A stretch of 64,000 nt of DNA from Antedon mediterranea. Lineage: Eukaryota; Animalia; Echinodermata. Positions 52,701 to 64,000 of the stretch are shown piece by piece. The notes below the pieces were generated by a model. The model had not been told where the DNA came from. It worked only from the letters and a program-made list of their open reading frames with translations, and did no database searches. Both the position numbers and the translations under genes were made by a program. The stretch spans positions 18,671,045-18,735,044 of the forward strand of contig NC_092680.1 of the NCBI RefSeq assembly GCF_964355755.1, read 5' to 3'. Within the stretch, counting starts at the first letter, position 1; every line of letters starts with the position of its first letter.

Positions 52701-55700
52701 ATGCACCTTAATTTTTAAAAACAAATATAACAGCATTGTTTGCTTATATTATAGGAACTACTATTAGGCATTATAATAATTATCTGACCATTCTTGAGAC
52801 GAAAACACTTATGTCCCTTAAATTTCTACCTAATACATATAAAATTAATAATTAATGTTAAATTTTAAGCTCTATATTTTTTTTTATACATACCTTGCAT
52901 TGTTGTTGGTTTTCAATCAATGGATCTTTTTTGAGCTTAATGATTGTTCCTTTGTCCATGTACTGCACTCGTCGATCAGCATCGTCCAGCCACTTCACCA
53001 GATTGTCAAGACCGTCTTGTATTGTACCAACCTCTACTGATGCTTTCTGAAGGGTCTTCAAGCGGTCATTCAGGGAAGCTTGTAATTTCTGATAGCGGTC
53101 TTCTGCTTCATCTGTTGACATTAGTAAATAATTGTATGATTAAATCTAAATTCAGATATGTTCCAATTTTGGTTTTGTTGAATAATGGAAAATCATATCA
53201 AGATTGACTGATTGCCAGCTATCAATACGAAACAAGAAAAATAGAAGAAAATAATCATCTTACCTAATTCTGTGTTTGTATTTGCTCTCAAGTCTAGGTG
53301 TGCAGTTATAAGCTCCTGACAAGCATATTTCAATCGCTCCATGTCAACAGCATACAGCACAACAGTATCCAGAAAGTTCTAAGGAGAACAAAGTGGGTTG
53401 TAGAGTGAAACTGTACCCTATGTATTGCAGAAGATCCTATAATTTGTTCTAAGTGGGGTTAATTATGACGTTTCATACATACATATGGATAATTTCATTA
53501 TGAATCTATACCTTTATTTGATCAATCTGTTTATTAACTTGGCTTGGTTCAGCTCCAACTGCTTCATTCAAGATCTTCTGAAGTGTTCCCTCAGATTCTG
53601 TCAACCAATGATCAACCGACCTCTTCTTATTTCTGTAGTTTTGCAGCTTATCCAATACATCATTAAGCTTGATGTTGAACTGGATAGCGTTGGACTTCAG
53701 TGACTGGTAGCGAGTGTTAAGGTTTTGCATAGTGCTGGTCACCAAGGTACTTTGAGGGTCTTCTTGGAATTTTTGATTGAAGTCATTGGACATTGATTCA
53801 GTACGGAAATCTGCCAATTCCTTGCGATATTCCTATGAAAAATTGAATAATTAGAGAAACAAAATAAGCTTATTTTCCACATTCATGTATTGACAAGTAG
53901 ATGATCAGACTTCAGATCCAGCATATTTTTTTCCAAGATTGCCTCTAAGAACCAACTGGCACCAGTTGGAGGTAAACGTACTATACTGCTCTGAGTAGAG
54001 TTAAGGTGCACTGAACATTACACACTTCTGATTTAAGATATCAATTTCATTAATGGCTGAGGGCAAGGTGGGTTATAGCTTGTTTAATTAAATTTTAAAA
54101 TTACCTTTGATATTGCAACCAGTTTCTGTCCAGTAATGTTAATAAATTTAAGTTCTCCTTTTTGATCTTTAACATCTTCTACAAGTGTCTTCTGCTGATC
54201 AATTTGCTTTTTGATTGGCTCAACCTCTTTTTCTATCAATTTCTGAGCTTCAGTTTGTTTTTCTTCTGTTGAGCTCAGCCATGTCTCAAAATCTGCACTC
54301 TCTTCATCAAACTTCTTCAAGTCATCATCTGCAAACATGAGCTTATTTTGTCGGTTAAGGGACTCTGTGCTGACACGATGGTATCTATTTCGTAGGTTAG
54401 TCTGGATCTCTTGTAACTTTGTCTTCTCCGAGCTTGGAATCTGCTGAGAGTACTGGTCAAGTAGTTGTTCAGTTGTCTGCACTGCATGGATCAATGGTTC
54501 ATGATGAGCTTGAATGTCGGCATGGATTGCCTACAAAAAATAGATTTATCATTCTATACTAATACTACTGTACCTGAATGGATGACAATATCTATCTATT
54601 TATAATTTTAATTCATTCTACAAACAAAACTAATTCCTTTACTTTAGACAAAAAGTGTACACTTACTGCATGTTCCTTTATCTGTTCATCCAATTCTGCA
54701 GCCTTTTCTCTTTGTGGTTGCTCATTAGCGAGTGCATTTTCGATCTTAGAAACCCAATCTAGAAGATCCACCATAGAAGCATGGCTTTGTTTGCAACGTT
54801 CATCAAGAGACATCTGATGAAAGAAAAGAAGATATTGTTGCAACAGAAATATCTACCTGAATTTATGTTTCCTAAAGTATGCTTAAACTTATTATACTCT
54901 ACCACCAACACAGATGCAAAGGATTAGACTATCCATAGGCCAAATGCATCACAGAAGAAAATATTTGATTTGTTTATAAAATATGATGAGCTATAATATC
55001 CTCTATTTAATTTAATTAAAAATACTAGTTACCATTTCCTTCTGCTCCGTTTCCAGCTGACCGAGTCTTACTTCTTCAGCAGTAAATGTCCGTTTTGATT
55101 TGTCAACAACATCTGCATAGCCATTCTTTAAATCTGCTATTAACTGTTGGAGATCTGATCTCAGTTTTGGTGTTAAGCGTTCTCCATAGACCTTTTCTAG
55201 ATTCTCCAACGAGTGAATTTCTTTAGAAATTGGTCCATTGTGAGCAACAATATCATCACAGATGATCTAAAAATAAAATTTTGTTTAGATACATAAGAAA
55301 TATAATATAAAAAACTGTTGATAAAGTTAGATACATGAATATATGAATTTTAGTAAAATTAATTTATTTTCCCTCAGATTAACAAATGATGAATACCAAG
55401 TATATTGTATTGTTTACAGAAGAATCACTATAAAGGAATAGGGTTGTCCAAAAGAGGGGTTCTAGTGAATATCAGTAGATCAACATTCCAATCACAGTCT
55501 TTCTATTCAATAGCTGTACCTTAAATGTGGCAATCTCTGCAACCAATGAGTCAACATCATTGCTAACTGGTATTTCCTCTTCAACTTTGGCATAACTGAC
55601 ATTTATCCAATTTAAGAGGTCTTTGCCAGTAGTAGTTGTCTCCACATATTGTTGAAGCATTTCAAGATCCTCAATACGGAAGGTAAAATTCTTGAGAAGG

Positions 55701-58700
55701 GCATCATAACGTTCATTTAGATTTTCTGCCTCTATCAACACTTCTGGATCACCTGTTGGGGGAAAAAAATTAAGGACAACATTTATACCATTACCAGTTA
55801 ATTACCGAAAATACGCAACATGCAAATAAAGATAATTTGGTAAGGGGGAAAGGGCTGTGAAGGCAGATTTAGAAAGATTTATAGATATCTTTATTATACA
55901 AAGATCAGAAACTCATAATGGATGATGCTGAAATCCAATTTAATTGAAATGTAATGTAATACCTTCTTCAATGAAACTGTGATCCAATACAGACTGCTTT
56001 GCTTTTTCCTCTGATAAATGTCCATGTTCAATGAACACCGACCTCTGACATGGTCTTGATGACAGAGGTTTGTCAAGAGTCTTTAAGAATCGTCCGTAGC
56101 TCTGCGCTGTGCTAACAACATTATCCACATTTGGCTTGTAGTCAATAACTTCTTTATTTAGTGGCTATTAATAGTAAGAGCATTTCAGTAAAAGTAGTTA
56201 AATTATTATTTATTTCTACTACCCATTAGTTACAGTATGATGGTGCTGTAGTAATTCAATTCTGGCTCCAGACACGAAGCTTATAAAGTTTTCAACATTA
56301 ATATATACAATGTTTTTAACTGACTTACTTTGATCGTAGATAATTGATGTTGAAGAGCTCTGGAATCATGAGTGATGGCTGGTAACTGATCAAAACGACG
56401 TTCAGTTGTGCCTAGCCATTTTGAAACATCTTCGACCTTAGCCTCGTGTTTAGTCTTCATTTTCTCAAGGTCAACATATTGCGCATTTCTGCAACAAAAT
56501 AAATAACACATCTCGTATACGAAGCATGCAAATCTGGCATATGTATAAGTCTACTTTATGTTCGTATACAGACGTTCTAAGGATGGATACTGGCTTGGAG
56601 GGAGCAGAAGTGGAAACAGCTATGACAGACAAGAAACTTTGGAGGGCCATGGTGGTTTGAGGACTCCACTCGCCATAAGTCAAGTCAAGTTATGTTCAAT
56701 TGCATTACTAGATATAAGCTCACAAATTAAGTTTCATATTCACTTCAGTATGATAATAAGGTATATTTGTGATTTTCTTACAGGACAAAAACATACACAC
56801 GACACTTTAAAAAAGTAATTAAAAATAAATACTGTTGCAAAAAAAAATTTGAAACTAGGCATTTGAGCAACATTTTTCACAAATAAATGCGTTTATCCAC
56901 TTTGTTATATAATCTTTCTATTCCTTTATTACTATAGCTTTGACATTTTAATTTTTTAAGAAATTTAAATACTGAACAATGTTTTATGCTGTACGGTACC
57001 TTGTGTCTAACACCTCTTCTAAGGTTCTCCAGTTGCTATCCATGTTGTTGGTTACTGCAGTCACATAAGAGAAGTCTTTAGCCACTCCATTCTTGATGAT
57101 CTCTTCTCCAATCTTATGTATCTTCTCAATTCTGTTTTGGTTCTCTATTTTATTGCGAGTAATTTCCTACAATAAGTGGGAAAAAATGAGATTGATTGGA
57201 TGAGTTTTAAAAATAGAATACCAAAATTTGCATGCCCCAAGGTGGAAATCTGGTATCTGTCCTTAATGAATTTGGAAATACACACCTGGAGCTGTTGGTG
57301 TATATCAGGCACTTCTTTCTTCATAAATTCTTTTGATTCTAAAATATCAACAGTTGGTAGAACCCAGTCTTCTAATTTTTCTACTTCCTTATCGAAGTCT
57401 TGAAGCCCATCCAGTAGAGACTGCCATGAATCACCAATAGTCTGTGATGTGTCCTTTAAGTCAGTGTATTTTGTGTTGATGGCATCAAGTTTCTTTGACA
57501 GTGTAGCAGCTACTTCTGGCTCACAGCTCTGCATGAACTCTGTTGTGGTTTTGTTGATGGTGTCGATACTTGGAGCATACCCTTCCAGGCTGCCATGGAC
57601 AACCTTATTTCAAATTAAAGATTATATTAAGAATAACATCACACCACAATTGTCATTGGTTTACAAATTCAATTAATCTTAATTTGAACATTTGGGAATA
57701 ATACATTTTTAAGGGGAAAAAATGTTATACCCTGGTAATTACATTGTATTGCTGTATTGTCTCTAAAGCCGGTTTCCACTAGAACATAATGTGCAATCGG
57801 TCAACCTCCAGGGGTTTTATGTTGTTTTGTATTGCGCTTATGAGAACTAAGCTTTACAAAACAGTTATTTAATCTGATTTGAAACTCAATTCAAATTCAA
57901 ACCAACCTGTTGCTCATTGACACTCTCCATTAGTGGTTCCTTTCGTGCAACAATCACGGTACCAGTCTCCAATCGTTGCACTTTTTTCTCTGTTGTGTCC
58001 AACCAGTTAATAATTCTGTCAAGACCTTCGTTCATGCCAGCAATTTCAATCAGCTGGCGGTTAAGTATGTCAGAACGATCTGCAATCTCACCCAGAAGTC
58101 CATTGTATTTTTCCTCAACTGTATCTAATTTAATAAACGTTAATTTAATAGTTATAACTATGTAAAATTATCACTCAAATTCATACATAACACAAAGATT
58201 GTCTAAATTCTAGGTCATACTAATATCAAGCCAAACTTTATAATATAGTACCAAACTTTTAAAATACAAAGTATAAAATAAAGCTAACCAATAGTCTTGT
58301 CTACATCAGTGCGAAATTCTGGGTGACCATCACAAAGATCCTTCCCGGCATCTTTCACACGCTGAACATCTTTGGCATGACTGACAACATTTTCATGGAA
58401 AGACTAAAAATCAAAATAAAATTCATTACAAACACAAGTCGATTTAGCTATTTTTTATTTTAACAAGTGCATTTTAGATAATCATCTATGAACTATGCTT
58501 TGTTTTTTCTCATGTTACGCTGTATACAGTTAATAGGCAGATTAGAAATTTAAAATGAATACAGTGTAATGTAGCAATAATTCGTTAAATTTTAAATGAA
58601 TAAAGATCACTTACAGTCAATCGATCTATCTGCTTCTGAACAAAGAAGGCATCAACTCCTATAGATTCCTTAAGTATTCTTTCAAGAACCTCATAAGCGG

Positions 58701-61700
58701 ACTGCAACCAGGTCATGACATTTTCCACTGCATCTTTGTACTTCTGCAGTAGGTGTAGAAGATCACTAAGGCTGTTGAAGTGACTGCTGCAAGTTCCACT
58801 CAACTGATCATATCGAGAGTTCAGTTCATTAAGCTTCTCTAACAGTACACTTGCTTTGAATGGCTCATGATAACTGGACCTTTTACTCAATCGTGGCAGT
58901 ACTTTAGAGCGGAATTCTGCAAGAGTCATTTTGTAATCTTCACTTGCTTTGTGAAACTTTTGTCCCGATATGTTTAAGATTCTGAGATCACCTTTATGGC
59001 CAAAGACATCTTCATTAAATGATTTCAGTTTGCGAACCTTTTTTCGTAGTGTCTCTGTATCAGAGCCAACCTGTTCAAGAAATGTTTGCATGGTATCCTC
59101 TGATTCAGTCAGCCACTTTTCAAAAGATTCAAGCTCAGGTTCCAAGTTGGTTAGCTCTTCCAAAGCTGCTATTTTTATTTTCATACGCAGTTCTGATTCA
59201 ACAGTTAAGGAATTGTAACGGTCACACATAGCAATCCGACCATCCGAGAGTTTTCCCTGAATTTCTTCTGGAAGACGTTCTTTGTTTGTATCTAGGAACT
59301 GAGCAGTGTTGTGAGCACAGAGCAAGACAGGCTGCTGATGACTCAAGACATCATCATAATGAACCTAAATAAATAGAGTAGAATAGATATTTCTTTTGAG
59401 ATTTTCCTTATAATTGTCCTTATACAAATGAAAATTACTGATAATATTGATTGTAGATCAATTGATATCCATCACCAAATATTTAGTTTTAAGAAACCCA
59501 CCTTGTGTTCTTGAGTCTGTTTTGTAAGGTCATTAACCTGCTCTTCCATCAGTGGTTGACCAACAAACTCCTGTTCCTTTCCACTGATCCAATCCAGCAA
59601 TGCCATCAGATCATTTGTGGTTGACTGGGTCTCTTTTTCTAATGTCATCTTCGTAAGAGAAAGGTATAAAAACATATTACTCTTTTTAGACAAACAATAT
59701 AATTTACATTTTAAAATACCAATTATTTATTTTCTAGAATAATATATGTTTATTGTTTTGTGTTGAAAGTTCTTGTGAGCTCTAAATATCACAATATTTT
59801 GAAATTTCACCGATTATCTTCGTTTTAAGCTTTTATTAATGAAAATATAAATTAGAAAATTAATGTTAATAAGTAATGAATAAAAACAAAAATATCTAAA
59901 AAAGAGATTAATAACAGAAAATAAATAAAATCGTGCAAATTATAAACAAGTCTGGTTAACAAATAAAGCCCTTTTGGATCTGAAAATGATAACACTTCAA
60001 ATATCTTTTAAAACAAATAATTCTCAACAAATAAAAAACCCTGAATTGTTAAGTTTGATGGATACAACAAATTATTAGATTAAAGAAAGTTAATAAACGT
60101 GGGCATAAAGACAAAAATCAAATCAAACTCGTGCAGGTTATTCATTTATTATGTACAGCCAAAAGGGTTATCTATGTATATAACCATTTGATACATCTAT
60201 TTGATATATATTTCATTTGATACATATTTCATTGTAGCACAACAGTTTGCCTACTACATTATGTATGTCAAAGATTAGGTCACAGTAGGATCAGCCAGCC
60301 ATTTTTAAATATATAAATTCTCCTAAATTTGTGAGTCACACAGTTGAATCAAGCATCTTATATTGTCAGTTCTACTGATTTTTGTAAACATAAATAAATT
60401 ATCCTCTCTCCTAGGCTTTTTTCAAATTGTAATATTGAGTGGATACAAAATGTGCGTTGTGTTTTAAACAAATTTAAAAGTTGCCAAAAAGTTAATAAAT
60501 AACACCCATTGTATTAGTTTTATATACAGACTTACTTGTAGAAACAGCCTCTGTAAAAGGGAAGGTGGACAATGTAACATAAATAAATGATATGAACAGT
60601 TATCTTTGATGGCCAGCACATTAATAGTGTATACAATTATAAATAAAAACTAATACAGAGTTAATAGCAAGAAAATGGAACTGTAGTAAAAAAATGTACA
60701 GATTAATAACGATGCAATAAAACTATAAAGAAATAAAAGAAAATAAAAACAAATAACATATAAATATAAAAAAACATACAAAAACTCATATTTAGTAATT
60801 TTAAACTCTGATCTTGTATTCAATACATATAGAGCACATATGGTGGAGAATTAGGTTGTAGTGAAGCTGTAACGTGCTTGCATTTCAATCCTAAGTTCCA
60901 TTCCTGACCTAGTTCTTGGGATTGTTATTCACAAATATAAAGCTTAAAAATGCACACCCTGTATTAGTGTACTTAGTACTTAGTACACTAATACAGGGTG
61001 TGTATTTTTACTTGCTGTTGAATGTGTATAAAATAACAACATATTATAAACTACAAACCTTGTTTGTTTGTTCCTTGTTCAATTTCTTCAACATTGTCTT
61101 CCAACCCTTCAGATGATCCATGGACAACACCAATATATTCTCATAGTATTCCCTCAGTTCATCCAGACATTTTTGCATCTCTGCTTGCTGCTCAGCTGTT
61201 AGCTTGTTACGGTTGTCGCGAAGGAATTGGTCGCAGCTTTGAAGAACTTCAAGAATCTCAGATCTTTTGCTCTGAAGTTGATTGTGCAGTGCCTAGAAAA
61301 TGGAAAGAAGTACATTTAAAAGATGATAATGGAGAGTTTTACTGAACTGTTTAAAAAACAAGATGAAATACAGACAGGGCTGAACTTTTTTTATTATGTA
61401 TTCAATGTTCAATTGTATGATTAAAAGAAAAATACCTCTTGTTCGGCAATGACATTCTCTAGAGTAACAACATCAGTGATTGGTTGTTTCTCTTCCATAA
61501 ACTTGGCTTTGATTGGTCGAGACCAGTCAAGGAGTTCTTGGAGATCTCCCAGATAATCTTGGTACAATGTCAAGACCTGAATGAGATCCTGGATGACCTC
61601 TTCACGCTCTGTGATTCGATCCAGAAGATCTTGATAAAGTTTTCGTAATACCTTGACATCATTCATCAGTTCAGTATCTGTAAAGACCCAATATCCAGAC

Positions 61701-63977
61701 TATTAAACAAACAAACGCAGTCAAGTACAGTAGAACATCTATAAGGGAAAACTTCAGAATCCAACCAAAGTGTTCAATAGTGTTAAGAAGGGGTTTTACT
61801 ATAATCAAATGCTATGGACATATGTCTATTAAACCTTGGAAACTATGGGTGTAGCAGCCCAACATTTCCAATTCTTTCTGAAAAACCACAACTCTTGCTT
61901 TTATTACAGTAGTGAGTCAGAAATGGATACTATTATTAAATGTCCATACCTTCAGACACTTGGAATGTCTGTTGAATATCAACAACTCGTCTTTGTATTG
62001 GTCCATGGTCTCCTGGCCTCAGAGCAACATGAGTTGATTTTCGTCGATTGGTAACAACTGTCTCAGTAGCTTGTATGAGGTTATCTAATGTCTTTGCCAT
62101 ATCATATATCTCATCATACTTTGGCTTGAAGCTTGCTACCTCTTTTCGCATGGGCTTCAAAAAATAAATGAAGTTAAAAATAAAATGTTTGTCCATCTAT
62201 TACATTCTCGGCAGTAATTTATTTTAATCCTTAAGTCTTCAATTTGCTACACTAAAGCTACTTAAGTCATTACCTTCATTTGTTCTAGTTGTGACTTCAA
62301 TTGTTCAAGATCTCGGACAACATGAGGCAGCTGGTCAACTTTAGCCAGAGTGCTATCATGCCACATACTAACCAGACGAACAGCGTTCTTGTACTTGTCA
62401 GTCAGATTCTTGCGTTTAGTTAGGTAGTCAGTTCTAAAATGAAAATCAAATATTATTAAAAATATTTGATGCTGTAAATGTTAAATAATAATGCACATCA
62501 AGTCCAAAAAAGGTAATTTGTATGACTGTCATCTTTAAACACTTGCAAACAATAGGAAGATTTTTTTAAACTTTATTCAAACATTAGGGGATTTTAAAAT
62601 CTAGACAGGCTTTGTCCTGGTAATGACAATACTATAAAGAGCAGTAGCATTAAATGTGTCTTTTTATTAGATCCTTCACTCACAATCTTGTCAATGCATC
62701 CTCCATCGTCTGCCAATTTCGATCAACATTTTTCAGTAGGTCAATAACAAAAGCAGAGTCACGCGCCCTCACATGATTAATGAGTTCATCGGCGAGCTTC
62801 TTGATTTGTCGATACTCTGGTGCATGCTCTTTTATTTCCTCATTAACCTCCTACAAAAATAATAAATATTTTGATCATATATGTTCTTCCACTCATAATA
62901 ATATTAAGCTTTACAATAACAACCAAATATTGGCAGTATATTGCCGATTATACACAGTTTAAAAGCGACTTAAAATTGGAGAATAAACAGACCATAAATC
63001 GGATGACTGTAAACCTTAGTTAATCTTTCAAAACCTATTATAAACAAATACCTGTAAAACTGCTTCTATTTCCTGTATATCCTGTTTCTTCAAATTTTGT
63101 GATTCCAAAGCATTCATTACCGGGAACATCCACTCTTCCAATTGGTCAATCTTCTCCATCAGGCCAGACAGCATTGACAACATCTTTTGGAGGTCGTCTG
63201 CATAATATTCTAAGCTACATATGTACTTCTTGTAGCGGGAAACCACCTCATCAATACGCCCTCGCAGCTTGTGGGCCATGGCTGGTGTGCTTGATTGAAG
63301 CATTTGTGAAGTTTTGTTTGTTATTGCCTCAATGACTGGTCCATGTGATTGAAGTTCACCTTGTAACATCTTTACTTGCTGAAGCTGTTCCATGATTGGC
63401 TCAAGTTTTACCACAACCTTTGATTGATCCAATGGCATTAATCGTACTTCAAAATCATCCAACCAAACACTGGTAGTGTCTAAAGTATCCTGTGTGTTTG
63501 TCAAGTCGGTCATTGCTTTCTGAAGTTTGTGACTTCTGTCATTTACCTTTGACCCAATGTCATTATACTTTTCGCAGAGGTTATCTAAAGAATGTAAAAT
63601 GAATAAGAAAAAATGAGTTTAGTAATGAATGTAATAACACAAAATGCTTCTTTAACAAAAAGAAATTATTAAAATATAATTTAAAGTGTTTGTTGACTAT
63701 TTTTCATGTGTGTTACAAACCTCTTTTTTATTTTAAAATATTAACATGTGTTATACTTTTTAAAATTGTCTAAAAATGTAAAATTGTTATACAGTAACAT
63801 CATTTTCATATTATATGAAATACTTAAACATCATGTATACTCAATTGATAACTTAATCTCACCAATTGATCTTTGAAACTTGGGCTTAAGTCCAGGCTGT
63901 GATTCACATAGTTGTACTGTAGTCACTTTGATCTCCTCAATGTCCTTTAGATGAAGATGAATATCATCTTGAACAGC
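24179..63977 (-). CDS. Partial multi-exon gene for a giant spectrin-repeat rod protein, probably a spectraplakin (dystonin/MACF1/Shot-like); 80 exons, ~6,480 aa in window, continues beyond both ends
   Basis: Dozens of minus-strand ORF fragments show spectrin-repeat character (helix-A Trp as in LEDWL, LLDWI, FEKWL; heptad Leu; helix-C RY..L). They are bounded by GT/AG (one GC/AG) and join in consistent phase, 19,432 nt in total. No CH, plakin, EF-hand/GAR or KASH domain lies in the window, so spectraplakin versus nesprin is an inference. Confidence 0.88.
26071..31414 (-). CDS. Spectrin super-repeat unit 7 (11 exons)
   Basis: A 31414-31255, B 31088-30878 (211), C 30631-30396 (236), D 30261-30028, E 29564-29418, F 29294-28869, G 28675-28355, H 28131-28017, I 27545-27331 (215), J 26712-26395, K 26237-26071. 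Confidence 0.88.
31721..36774 (-). CDS. Spectrin super-repeat unit 6 (10 exons, G+H fused; GC donor after exon C)
   Basis: A 36774-36615, B 36119-35909 (211), C 35714-35479 (236, donor GG|GCAAGT), D 35152-34919, E 34754-34608, F 34499-34074, G+H 33831-33396 (436), I 32819-32605 (215), J 32363-32046, K 31887-31721. Confidence 0.88.
32948..33305. repeat. Tandem repeat, 3 x ~112 bp plus a partial unit, in intron H/I of unit 6
   Basis: Units start at 32948, 33060, 33177 and 33289 (112, 117, 112 bp); GAACATATCCAAATT...GGGACTACAAACTAC...CACAACCTG. Confidence 0.95.
36160..36532 (-). mobile_element. tRNA-derived SINE with Deu/Nin-type central domain, copy 2 (intron A/B of unit 6)
   Basis: A box TGGCCGAGTGG, B box GGTTCGAGGC, 11-bp acceptor-like stem GAGCGAGTGAG/CTCACTCGCTC, the same core as copy 1, a different 3' region, and an A-rich (AAAT)n tail at 36160-36197. 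Confidence 0.85.
37079..42608 (-). CDS. Spectrin super-repeat unit 5 (11 exons)
   Basis: A 42608-42449, B 41091-40881 (211), C 40625-40393 (233), D 40250-40017, E 39798-39652, F 39545-39120, G 38921-38604 (318), H 38507-38393, I 38172-37955, J 37775-37458, K 37245-37079. Confidence 0.88.
42730..47139 (-). CDS. Spectrin super-repeat unit 4 (10 exons, F+G fused)
   Basis: A 47139-46980, B 46698-46488 (211), C 46250-46018 (233), D 45747-45514, E 45202-45056, F+G 44870-44124 (747 = 426+321), H 43880-43766, I 43662-43445, J 43304-42987, K 42896-42730. Confidence 0.88.
45350..45405 (+). mobile_element. Degenerate tRNA-derived SINE head
   Basis: A-box-like TGGAGTAATGG (45357-45367) and B box GGTTCGAGACC (45388-45398), too close together for an intact tRNA. 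Confidence 0.35.
47373..51822 (-). CDS. Spectrin super-repeat unit 3 (10 exons, G+H fused)
   Basis: A 51822-51663, B 51550-51346 (205), C 50946-50702 (245), D 50377-50144, E 49881-49735, F 49504-49082 (423), G+H 48934-48499 (436 = 321+115), I 48387-48170, J 48058-47741, K 47539-47373. Confidence 0.88.
52029..56488 (-). CDS. Spectrin super-repeat unit 2 (11 exons)
   Basis: A 56488-56329, B 56164-55963 (202), C 55752-55520 (233), D 55266-55033, E 54813-54667, F 54530-54105 (426), G 53832-53512 (321), H 53378-53264, I 53111-52894, J 52683-52366, K 52195-52029. Confidence 0.88.
57000..62433 (-). CDS. Spectrin super-repeat unit 1 (10 exons, F+G fused)
   Basis: A 62433-62274 (160), B 62154-61950 (205), C 61677-61436 (242), D 61292-61059 (234), E 59648-59502 (147), F+G 59364-58615 (750), H 58403-58289 (115), I 58124-57907 (218), J 57603-57286 (318), K 57166-57000 (167). 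Confidence 0.88.
57764..57856. mobile_element. Degenerate copy of the Harbinger-type MITE
   Basis: TAAAGCCGGTTTCCACTAGAAC...TATGAGAACTAAGCTTTA resembles the termini of 1642-1820. Confidence 0.5.
60536..60550 (-). CDS. Candidate 15-nt phase-0 microexon (RLFLQ) between exons D and E of unit 1
   Basis: Minus strand reads ccttcccttttacag|AGGCTGTTTCTACAA|gtaagtc. It is frame-preserving and stop-free, and lies in an enlarged 1.4-kb intron. Confidence 0.6.
61726..61802. mobile_element. Degenerate short copy of the CAGTAGAA-type MITE
   Basis: TACAGTAGAACATCTATAAGGGAAAAC...AAAGTGTTC...AAGGGGTTTTACTATA resembles the MITE ends at 7458 and 12692. Confidence 0.45.
62684..63977 (-). CDS. Spectrin super-repeat unit 0 (partial): exons H, fused I+J, K
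   Basis: Exons 63977-63863 (115 nt), 63584-63052 (533 = 215+318, I/J intron absent), 62850-62684 (167). Confidence 0.85.
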
Positions 63978-64000
63978 CTACAAAAAATGTTATTTCAATT

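Noticed and set aside
26290-63335. Many short plus-strand ORFs overlapping the spectrin exons
   Set aside because: Antisense shadows of coding exons, Ser/Leu/Phe-rich with no recognisable domains.

Overview
AT-rich metazoan genomic DNA with spliceosomal introns. The Deu/Nin-domain SINEs and MITE types suggest an invertebrate deuterostome such as an echinoderm (inference). The right 40 kb (24179-63977, minus strand) holds 80 coding exons (19,432 nt, about 6,480 aa, open at both ends) of a giant spectrin-repeat protein, most likely a spectraplakin (dystonin/MACF1/Shot-like); a nesprin cannot be excluded. The rod is built from seven complete and two partial copies of an 11-exon, ~850-aa, 7-spectrin-repeat super-repeat. 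Its missing introns fall in a period-3 pattern, and each unit carries one Ser/Arg-rich loop. Downstream on the same strand the introns become long and hold an Ig I-set exon (19358-19838) and candidate frame-preserving small exons (15 and 33 nt). An intact 4,739-bp Kolobok DNA transposon lies at 7513-12251 (TTAA target duplication, 15-bp TIRs). It encodes a spliced THAP-DDE transposase and a convergent KolX protein resembling the P2X7 ballast domain, has mirrored CRE-containing subterminal motifs, and sits inside a small MITE that also captured a SINE. Other repeats: two DeuSINE-like copies with different 3' tails, PIF/Harbinger-like MITEs, and 49-, 112- and 19-bp tandem arrays. Exon boundaries were read by eye and checked for phase; family assignments rest on motif recognition, not database searches.
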